The position numbers and the translations under genes are program-made. Of a stretch of DNA of 64,000 nt, positions 17,001-23,797 are shown piece by piece. Source of the stretch: an archaeon. GTDB taxonomy: Archaea; Nanobdellota; Nanobdellia; Pacearchaeales; GW2011-AR1. The notes beneath the pieces were generated by a model. That model was given only the letters and a program-made list of their open reading frames with translations. It was not told the origin of the DNA and did no database searches. The first letter of the stretch is position 1; every line of letters begins with the position of its first letter. The stretch is from contig JAYONY010000001.1 in assembly GCA_038121585.1 (NCBI GenBank), positions 201,903 to 265,902 on the forward strand. The letters run 5' to 3'.

Positions 17001-19419
17001 CAGCATAACTAAAGGCTGATAAGTCCAAATTTCCAAGGTTATTGATAAACTCATTACCTCCAGCACCTCCATACGTGTTTATGAGTACGGTTCGATAGGC
17101 TGCTTTCGCATCTTCCACATTTACTCGAGTGTTTAGAAATTCATTAGTGGTGATTTCCCCGCTTGCTTCGACTGAGCTTATTCGATCATTAACTGCTTCA
17201 ATACATCCTTGCCGTGCGTTGACTTCATTTTCTATAGCGCCAGAGTTTGCATTCAAACAAGAAGTTACGGTGTTGTATTCTCCTTGATTAACGAGTTCTT
17301 GACATTGTTGACTCCATCCGTCAGTTCCTTGCATGGTTTGTTGTCGAGCAAGTGCTTCTCCACTGAGCCCTGCTAGCAAGTTTTTCAAAGTGAGAACACC
17401 CATAGTTGCAAAACAAGCTGCTTTGTATCCTGTTACAATGTTACCAAGATTTTCTTCAACGCTTTGCCATTGGTCGAGTGTTTCGTCTAAGTTAGCGATT
17501 CGTTCTGCTGCTCGTGCAGGGTTGAGTTGAATGTCTCGTTGTTCAATACCTATACCTACTGAAAATTCAACTTCTGTGCTGAGACTGCCTGATGAAGTTT
17601 CAATATGGAGTTTTGCGATTTCACTGAAATCAACGTCTCGTAAATGAAGTGCTGAGCCACAGAGTGTTGGAGGATTTGCCTGATTCGCAGTGAGTGTTCG
17701 TTCAGTTTTCGTCCCGTCAGCACACGTTGTTCGAACACTCACACGTGTTTCAGATACTATACGAGTAACCTCAAGGAGCCCATTAGTTGTTTGCTCACCG
17801 TCATCTTCTGCTACTTCTACGCGTAGTGCCCCCCAATCAAAAACTCCTTTCGACCGCTCTTCAGGTACGCTAATACTTGTTAATTGGAGTATCTGATACT
17901 CATTATCTAGAAAGACACTTTGAGCTGCATCTGCCAGATTTATCTTATTGAGCCGTGCTATTTCGAGTAAATAATGAGCGGTATCTGGATGAGTTGGGTA
18001 AAGCTCTGCATGAAGTTCCATGAGTTCTACTTGCGTGCTTTGTTTTGCGAGTATTTGTGCTAAGAGTATCGCATTCGCAAGCCCTTGTTGTCCGAACGGA
18101 TCATCTTCTGACGTTCTGCGCTCATTAGTGTAGTCTTCTGCCAAGTCAGTGTATTGTTGTTTGGTTAGTGAAAAGTAGGTCTCTACATTTTCTTCTTTAT
18201 TACTATAATCTGCTTCAAAGAGAGATTGTTGATTATTCACATATATTTCATTGAGAAGCACAGGCAGTTGTAAAGTTCCCTTTTCAATTACTGCCACATT
18301 ACCCGTTATGCCAAGGATTTCCCACCCGTCATCTTGCCCATTATCATCTGTCACGAGCGTGACAGTATCTCCGATTTCAAGTGGTGTAACTCCGAGTGTG
18401 AGTTCAAGTTGCTTAGCACCACATTGTACTTCTGCAGTCCCACCCCGAGTTCCTAGAGCGTTTATAGTTGTGACGCGACACTTATTATTCAAAAACCTGC
18501 TTCCTTCTGTGAGTTGGTATACGTCATCGTTAACACGAATTGTGGCGAGTTTATCTGCTCGTTGCAATCCATCGTATACTACACTCATCCTTCCTCTACA
18601 ATACTGTCCTGGAACATAAATAGGGGTTGAGAGTTGTCCTCGATTTACCGATCGTGTTGCGACAGGATTATTATTCTGATCAAAGATTGTCACGCTTGCC
18701 TGATTTGCATCTGCACTGTTTAGCTTGAGCGCGTAATCCCCTTGCCAAAAACTACTTTGGTATTTGTTGTTAAAGAAGTCATCTTCGTCCTGTACGCTAA
18801 GTAAAAATTCTGCCCGTCCAACACCAAAAGTGTTTGCTGCCTGATAGTCTATCTGGCCAGTGAGTGATAATTCTAAAACTTCAGGAGAGAGTGCTTCATT
18901 AGGTTGCCGCTTGAGTACGACTACTACATATCCGATATTGTCAATGTACGGGCTTCCGGTGAGTTGTGTTGTTGAGCGAATTGCTGCTCGTGCTGGTTGA
19001 AACCCAATACTCCGCACTTCTGGCGGGAGGTCTCCTGTGAATCGAATATTTTTTACTTGTTGAATGTCTATGAGTGGGTTAAGTTTGAGTCCGTCTACCT
19101 TACAAAATACTGGCACGTCTTGTTCTGCTAAGAGTGAGCTTGAAACTACTGCCGGTTCACACCCGAGCGGAGAAAGTTGTAAGAGAAGGTCTGTTCGTGC
19201 TTCACATTGGTCGGCATCACCAAGCGTTGGCCAATAGACTGATGCATCAGCACCATATACTGATGAGGCACTTGCAAATGACCCGGTACTCACGATGCGT
19301 GCGGTACCTGTCCGACTACCTGTTCCGTACCCAAAAGATGTTTGTGTTGTTGAGACTTGTGCATACACACTTCCTAGGAGCATGCACGCTAAGAGTGCTA
19401 CTACAAATAATCGTTTCAT
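14089..19419 (-). CDS. Giant secreted protein (1776 aa), unknown family
   Basis: Uninterrupted 5.3 kb ORF. Sec-type signal MKRLFVVALLACMLLGSVYAQ. ATG overlaps the upstream stop (ATGA at 19416-19419). Cys-rich segment around residues 1130-1260 (CQEFMSPGECQLLFNACDPVICPPSRCDF..). Confidence 0.8.
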   Translation of the reverse strand: MKRLFVVALLACMLLGSVYAQVSTTQTSFGYGTGSRTGTARIVSTGSFASASSVYGADASVYWPTLGDADQCEARTDLLLQLSPLGCEPAVVSSSLLAEQDVPVFCKVDGLKLNPLIDIQQVKNIRFTGDLPPEVRSIGFQPARAAIRSTTQLTGSPYIDNIGYVVVVLKRQPNEALSPEVLELSLTGQIDYQAANTFGVGRAEFLLSVQDEDDFFNNKYQSSFWQGDYALKLNSADANQASVTIFDQNNNPVATRSVNRGQLSTPIYVPGQYCRGRMSVVYDGLQRADKLATIRVNDDVYQLTEGSRFLNNKCRVTTINALGTRGGTAEVQCGAKQLELTLGVTPLEIGDTVTLVTDDNGQDDGWEILGITGNVAVIEKGTLQLPVLLNEIYVNNQQSLFEADYSNKEENVETYFSLTKQQYTDLAEDYTNERRTSEDDPFGQQGLANAILLAQILAKQSTQVELMELHAELYPTHPDTAHYLLEIARLNKINLADAAQSVFLDNEYQILQLTSISVPEERSKGVFDWGALRVEVAEDDGEQTTNGLLEVTRIVSETRVSVRTTCADGTKTERTLTANQANPPTLCGSALHLRDVDFSEIAKLHIETSSGSLSTEVEFSVGIGIEQRDIQLNPARAAERIANLDETLDQWQSVEENLGNIVTGYKAACFATMGVLTLKNLLAGLSGEALARQQTMQGTDGWSQQCQELVNQGEYNTVTSCLNANSGAIENEVNARQGCIEAVNDRISSVEASGEITTNEFLNTRVNVEDAKAAYRTVLINTYGGAGGNEFINNLGNLDLSAFSYADLRAMDMELCMQGQGSTYTARSQALFSEVQTKVEERQSIFEELEQARGASEGIGPLQVASIGATARNAMPAIGKVYAIGSSGQIANGDTIVYSGTNAPYSGSSDGIIFVSGRALGDGSVPESFAVLGTRADGVLQAQEIYYYERAENGDIVLTESFAPTGSQSQNVQEFINDFGISGFQDVPSDTYQYPIKASSREVKYFESAPYEGLPALVPFDFQRGYYVKVEPIIGVGSNIASYTEAGEPRSFKICNVGPNGLIGDEDPCQRVDVGISDNGQVFGLSATKSSQIIHDAKSALIEAAQQYGNEFISIFDEQLRRGTPANAVSKTACQEFMSPGECQLLFNACDPVICPPSRCDFGGNYQVADVVRTGIVGGALLCLPNINEGVYVPVCLSGIHAGIQGYTSILESHRACLQESIDTGQLTGICDEITSVNTCKLFWEPAISLAEIVVPRLFSGFSGARGGGEYATGSAVIQNVENSVDFFTQEYAVNAISAYNVRSIEEAGSPLCQGFISGSFPIGADFQALIEPDSPHQFHAYFSSSPFSDAIPPPTSRYKVFYHIFAGDDQGVNYQVYLKDPPQGGTFGINPTASVASGFIPRGEFATESRDLTLPSGYQQLCVSINGVEECGFEQVTTSFAIEQLRDAFVAEELTNADITSEQECISGPTLQPTNVPLTLNPQQAVEELVNPQVFEQGIVRICSNVNPGSATDPTRYVDVGYCGDDTVTCWLDKRSVDDALSSNQKITEGLKNQTLSELQAIQRSELDKRAAAVDPNIVYGQIDELRSDLYAIRTPETFSLADYEVILDTIQLRLGGVILQEHVAARNLLIGDVYAVITDRFHAKSLGAVAVTSESSSTSEDSSDNAPSEGNADGITGNGIEVSTSLAIFEDGEYTGYYIEQGPNEVTIEKDFSWYELGFWKFWSDDGTMAIIREEANWEIFPSNFIHPEEDGFIYFFAENYRFNADTRELTQAD

Positions 19420-21287
19420 GAGAAACTCACCTCCACAACTCCCCCTTCAAGTGCAGCATAGTTTTGTTGTAATTGTTCTAAACTGTTTGGCGTTGGGAGA
19501 CCTTCAACATCTAAAACAACAGTTCCTTGTGCAAGATCAGTTGCTAGTATAAAGGTTATTGTACTACCACCGCCTTTAAGCGCGTATTCAACGTCAGTTG
19601 CTGGAATTTCTACATTGAAACATTCTTCTTCTGTTGCCCCAAAGACTCCTGCTATCCCTCCTGCTGCGACATCAGTACAGTAGCGATGTTGTGTTGCTGG
19701 AATAGTTATTCCTGACGCTGCATACACAAATACTGAAACATCATATTCCCCTTCATGAAGCGTTACACTTTCTAGTTCAGGAAGTGATGCGGTAACAACG
19801 TTTCTACCATCATCAAAACTAATCACTGCCGAACCGCTTAAGGACTGCCCATCAACAAGGACGGATACATCAACAGGATATTCTTTGCGTAAAATAATAT
19901 CTACTTCTCCGGGTTCGTTAGATGAGTATTGGAGGGCGGTTTCCGCAAATCCTTCTGCTGATACGACGAGTTCACCATTAATACATTGTGGAATTCCTCC
20001 GGAGTATACTGCTTCGCTACCCACTAGCTCCGTTGACCCGAGCGTGCATCGACTATCAAAGCAGGAGTAGGTTACAAGTGCACCCTCCACGGGAGCGAGT
20101 TGCTGATCATACACTCGAGCAGTTAGTTCCCCATTATAAAACTGGCACGCATCTACTTCTGGATTATCGAGTAAGCTTTGAATTTCAGCCTCTCGAGGAA
20201 CATTATTGTCAAGTATAACTGCGAGAGGGAACTGGAAGATTTCAGTCCCGCGAGTTACTTGGACCATAACAGGGAATCGTACATCCCACACAAAGTGATA
20301 CGGTACATAACAAAAGCCCATGATACCCATGCCTGATTGTGTCCCTACAGGGTCTGCTATCATTATTTCATTCGTTGCAGGCGTTACTTCAGTAATGCTT
20401 GGCCACCTTGGAGAGTAGAGCACTTGCACACTCGCATCTGTTAGCGTGTACCCAAGATCCACTATGAAATAATCGTCTTCTACATCATCAAGAATATACG
20501 CATTACCAGCTATTTTTATTGCTCCAAAGTTTGTTGCGAGTGCTTCATGCAGTTTAGTCACTTCATCTCGTGTTTGCCATATTTCAGGACTACACGATAC
20601 GGAAACACCATCAACAGGTACATGATTGCGCAGAGTATCAACAGCATACGATTCTAAAAATGCAGTTTCAAGTTCTTCTTCATGAATATCCCGTGCTATT
20701 TCATAGAGTGCACCTAGAGAACTTTCAACTGTTACTTCATGCCGTGTTTTGCGAGCGCTTCGCCCTTCTCGTTGAGTTACGAGTGCTCCGTTAACGACTA
20801 TATCAACTGCTTCATCATGTATTGCTGCACTGACTGATGGGCTAGCAGGTAATGAAATATAGAAGTCATTAAAGTAAAACGGGGTAAACTCACATTCTTG
20901 GATTCGTTGCGCTACGTACTCTTCTAAATGTTGTTCCATTTCGCTTTTTGTAGGCGCTTGTTCTACAAAGAAATTATTTCCTGTAACATATGACCAATAC
21001 GGTACTGGCGTCCCCATAAAGTTGAGGTGCGAGGAGAACGGGGCAAATTCACTACCTGGTACGTAGTCGCCCAATTCTATGCGTCCTCCTTGCACTCCCA
21101 TCACCTCTATTCCCTCTTCTGTTGCTGTTTGTATACAGCCTAAATATGATGTGTAAATTGGTGCAAATTCAGGGTCTATTGTTGTCTCAAAGAGCGATTC
21201 ACGAAACGCGTAGACGACTAGAATACTTCCTACAATTACGAGTGCGAGGATAATAAATCCTGTAGCAAGCCCTCGTTTAGCTACCAC
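19416..21287 (-). CDS. Membrane-anchored/secreted 623 aa protein, unknown family
   Basis: GTG start at 21287. N-terminus (M)VAKRGLATGFIILALVIVGSILVVYAF is class III signal-like. Translationally coupled to the giant gene. Confidence 0.75.
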   Translation of the reverse strand: MVAKRGLATGFIILALVIVGSILVVYAFRESLFETTIDPEFAPIYTSYLGCIQTATEEGIEVMGVQGGRIELGDYVPGSEFAPFSSHLNFMGTPVPYWSYVTGNNFFVEQAPTKSEMEQHLEEYVAQRIQECEFTPFYFNDFYISLPASPSVSAAIHDEAVDIVVNGALVTQREGRSARKTRHEVTVESSLGALYEIARDIHEEELETAFLESYAVDTLRNHVPVDGVSVSCSPEIWQTRDEVTKLHEALATNFGAIKIAGNAYILDDVEDDYFIVDLGYTLTDASVQVLYSPRWPSITEVTPATNEIMIADPVGTQSGMGIMGFCYVPYHFVWDVRFPVMVQVTRGTEIFQFPLAVILDNNVPREAEIQSLLDNPEVDACQFYNGELTARVYDQQLAPVEGALVTYSCFDSRCTLGSTELVGSEAVYSGGIPQCINGELVVSAEGFAETALQYSSNEPGEVDIILRKEYPVDVSVLVDGQSLSGSAVISFDDGRNVVTASLPELESVTLHEGEYDVSVFVYAASGITIPATQHRYCTDVAAGGIAGVFGATEEECFNVEIPATDVEYALKGGGSTITFILATDLAQGTVVLDVEGLPTPNSLEQLQQNYAALEGGVVEVSFS

Positions 21288-21417
21288 GTTTCTTTGACCC
21301 CTTTTTGATTTTTTCTTGGATTAATTTGATAAGTTCCGTATTGATATCCTTGTCAATTACTTGTTTAAACTGTTCCCACATGGCTTCGTCTTCGATTAAT
21401 AGTAAGTACTTCTTCAT
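21277..21417 (-). CDS. Small ribbon-helix-helix-like protein (46 aa), first gene of the giant-protein operon
   Basis: Not in the track (<60 aa). MKKYLLLIEDEAMWEQFKQVIDKDINTELIKLIQEKIKKGSKKRGS has a beta-alpha-alpha pattern. The stop overlaps the GTG start of the next gene by 11 nt. Confidence 0.5.
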   Translation of the reverse strand: MKKYLLLIEDEAMWEQFKQVIDKDINTELIKLIQEKIKKGSKKRGS

Positions 21418-21467
21418 GAATGCCCCAATTCCTTGCATCTCTTACGCATGTTCCCTATTTAAAGTTT

Positions 21468-21522
21468 CTTAGTAATTTAGTAAATTAATAACATACTTAC
21501 TAAGTAACTTACTAAGTAAATT
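21468..21522. promoter_or_regulatory. Operator-like repeats in a divergent intergenic region
   Basis: CTTAGTAA (21468-21475) is the inverted copy of TTACTAAG, which sits inside the tandem 12-mers ACTTACTAAGTA x2 (21495-21518). AGTAAATT occurs twice. Confidence 0.45.
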
Positions 21523-21564
21523 GATGCACAGGTTTAAAAACTAAAAATATGCAAACAAAATCCG

Positions 21565-21969
21565 ATGACCAATCAAAAACCATTAGCAGAAATGATTCAC
21601 TTACCTGTGCTGAGCACTGCATCACTAGGGGCTAAAATCTATGAACTATCGCAAGAAGTGAGAACACTAGAGAAAAAGCTTGATTTAGAAGAAACGAACC
21701 CGCAAGGAATAATGCGTGGAATCTTAAGTGAAATAACACGTGACAGACACCGATTTGGAAAAGGAAAATTACCACATACTGCAATGAGTGGAAGATATGA
21801 CTTTTCTGCTAGAGTACTTGCACAATACGGTACAGCATTAGACACGACACCCTCATTTTTAGAAGAAGAACGTGCAAAACCGCTACAATACGGCATTCAA
21901 GGAGAATCCTATTATACCAATACCGCATTTAAACGATTACAAAATCATCGAGATACGTTTTCCACATAA
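21565..21969 (+). CDS. Hypothetical protein
   Basis: 134 aa. CAGGTTTAAAAAC promoter motif about 25-30 nt upstream. No family recognised. Confidence 0.45.
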   Translation: MTNQKPLAEMIHLPVLSTASLGAKIYELSQEVRTLEKKLDLEETNPQGIMRGILSEITRDRHRFGKGKLPHTAMSGRYDFSARVLAQYGTALDTTPSFLEEERAKPLQYGIQGESYYTNTAFKRLQNHRDTFST

Positions 21970-21998
21970 GTAGTTTTCTAGAAACGTTCGATTCGAAG

Positions 21999-22011
21999 TG
22001 GCCCCGCGCAG
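21999..22011 (-). repeat. Distal copy of the tRNA-Val 3' end (CTGCGCGGGGCCA)
   Basis: Exact 13-mer tggccccgcgcag on the plus strand. Degenerate T-loop-like extension. Flanked by hairpins AAACATTC/GAATGTTT and TGCTC/GAGCA. Confidence 0.8.
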
Positions 22012-22069
22012 TTGAAAACATTCACTAACTAGAATGTTTGATGCTCGAGGGAGCACGAATGTCAATGAG

Positions 22070-22082
22070 TGGCCCCGCGCAG
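22070..22082 (-). repeat. Proximal copy of the tRNA-Val 3' end (CTGCGCGGGGCCA)
   Basis: Exact 13-mer located 70 nt from the genuine tRNA 3' end. Adjacent hairpin AACTTTA/TAAAGTT. Confidence 0.8.
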
Positions 22083-22139
22083 TCGAGAACTTTATGTTAA
22101 ATTAAAGTTAGAGACCAGCTGGGACAGAGGCATAGCCGA

Positions 22140-22210
22140 TGGCCCCGCGCAGAATCGAACTGCGGACTCCTCCACGTCAAGGAGATGGTTTACCACTAGC
22201 CTACGGGGCC
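22140..22210 (-). tRNA. tRNA-Val (anticodon GAC)
   Basis: Hand-folded on the minus strand. Acceptor GGCCCCG/CGGGGCC. Anticodon loop TTGACGT. T arm CGCAG-TTCGATT-CTGCG. One mismatch in the D stem. Confidence 0.8.
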
Positions 22211-22385
22211 TTTCTGCTTGCCGAAGATTGTAAGCCCACAGCACAAGCGAGGAGCTTACAGGCAAGAGCAAGTCAGAAATGACTTTTTCTTCTTACCCAT
22301 CAGCACGAGTGAGTCAAAGATAGCAGTGTACTATCAACACTCAACCCATCAATACTCGCTATAAAAAGCTTTACTCCTAAAACTA

Positions 22386-22400
22386 CTATCTTTTTAAAGC
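22386..22400 (+). promoter_or_regulatory. Archaeal-type BRE/TATA promoter of the sigma-70-like gene
   Basis: CTATCTTTTTAAAGC is centred about 29 nt upstream of ATG 22423. Same motif class as the housekeeping genes in this window. Confidence 0.5.
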
Positions 22401-22422
22401 CCTAAACGCTCAAATTATAAAC

Positions 22423-23295
22423 ATGCGACAACGAAACGAGGACATGGACCCCCTGTACAAGAAAGAACTCGAACAATTTACTTCTTATTTATCATTTGAG
22501 GAAGAATCTAAACGCGGTAAAATACTTCGTGATGAAACCCTCCCCGTCAACGTTCGTAAAAAGGCTGGTGCTGAACTTGTAGAAGCCAATTTACGCTTGG
22601 TACCTTTTATTGCGAGACGATATGAAAATCGAGGAGTTGCAAAAGACGATTTAATTGGGGAAGGAAATGAAGGACTAGTATATGCAACTACGAAATACGA
22701 TGGGAGGACAAAATTTGGTACGTACGCTGGCCGTTGGGTTAAACAACGCATAGGCCGTGCAATCATTGAAGGGACTGGCCCAATCCATATTCCTGAAACA
22801 ACCCTCCTCCTAGCTAAAAAATTTACCGAAGAAGATATCAAAAAACCAATTGAAGTGCTTGCAAAAGAGTATGATGTAAAACCGGGGAGAATAGCATGTG
22901 CTCTTGATGCATACGCCGTTTTACAAAGAAAAACTCATTCACTAACACGCCAAGATACTGATGGATCCAAAGGCTACAACGCTGATTTTGAAATCCCTTC
23001 TAGAGAAATTGATACGCTTGATGAATCAATTGAGAGTAAGCGATTACTCAAAAAATTGCCTAAGCGAGAAAGAAAAGTGATTGAAATGTATTATGGATTT
23101 ACACCTATGCCCCCTGTTCAAAGAAGACCTCACAGAAGAAACTGTAAAACAGGTCAATTACTCGAAGAACATTCTGTTCGGCGTGAAAAAGCAACCCTTG
23201 AAAATATTGGAAAAAAAGTAGGAATTAGCAGAGAATGGGTCCGTAGAATCACTATTGATGTACCACCAACCCTTCTAGAGTCGCTTAACGAATAA
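22423..23295 (+). CDS. Bacterial-type sigma-70 family factor homologue
   Basis: 290 aa. Region 2: [59 protein letters not shown]..IHIP (compare RpoD [58 protein letters not shown]..IRIP). Region 4: [30 protein letters not shown]. Confidence 0.85.
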   Translation: [290 protein letters not shown]

Positions 23296-23342
23296 TGTCC
23301 GAACGCTTTTAAACTCCTAATTCGTATAATACGTAGCAAAAA

Positions 23343-23636
23343 ATGGTGGTACAAAAAGGGCTTGGCTATATTTTAGCAATTATTGGATTAGCACTGGTTG
23401 TGGTATGGGCGTTTGAGGAAATTCGCACCCCTCTCAATGAATTTATTCCTGAAAGTATTCCTGAGATGGCCTATTTAATTGGAGGAGTTGTGCTTGTAGG
23501 CCTCAGTGTGTTTCTAATGCGTGGTACGAGCGGCAAAACGAAGCACGTTCATGAAGTCCCAATCTATCAAGGCCAGCATATTGTAGGCTATAGACGCCAC
23601 GGTAAAGCAAGTCATCGCAAACAAAAGCACCGATAA
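23343..23636 (+). CDS. Small two-TM membrane protein with a basic C-terminal tail
   Basis: 97 aa. TM segments GYILAIIGLALVVVWAF and YLIGGVVLVGLSVFLM. Tail ends HGKASHRKQKHR. Confidence 0.5.
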   Translation: MVVQKGLGYILAIIGLALVVVWAFEEIRTPLNEFIPESIPEMAYLIGGVVLVGLSVFLMRGTSGKTKHVHEVPIYQGQHIVGYRRHGKASHRKQKHR

Positions 23637-23725
23637 AGCAAGAAAAAACGCTTTTTGACCTCTTTCGCACCTAACGTAAAGCTTTTAAACACTCATTCTC
23701 ACGCTTTAGAACTACGAACGTCGAC

Positions 23726-23756
23726 CCACGTTTGACTTTCACTGGCAAAGTCGTGG
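23726..23756 (+). promoter_or_regulatory. Hairpin in the 5' leader of the L44e-S3Ae operon
   Basis: CCAC-GTTT-GACTTT-CACTGGC-AAAGTC-GTGG. It lies between the promoter-like AGCTTTTAAACAC (about 23680) and ATG 23798. Confidence 0.3.
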
Positions 23757-23797
23757 TTAGTTCTGATTCATACGAATCTATCGCCAGCCGGAAACTA

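Noticed and set aside
11529-22139. Possibility that the region between tRNA-Leu and tRNA-Val is one integrated mobile element
   Set aside because: I recognised no integrase, transposase, capsid or replication genes. I found no copy of the tRNA-Val 3' 13-mer near the tRNA-Leu end. The idea is unsupported by the sequence.
22423-23295. Possibility that the sigma-70 gene marks bacterial contamination or a chimeric contig
   Set aside because: Archaeal genes flank it on both sides within a few hundred nt. It has the same promoter-like box and a similar AT-rich codon style as its neighbours. This cannot be fully excluded without read mapping.
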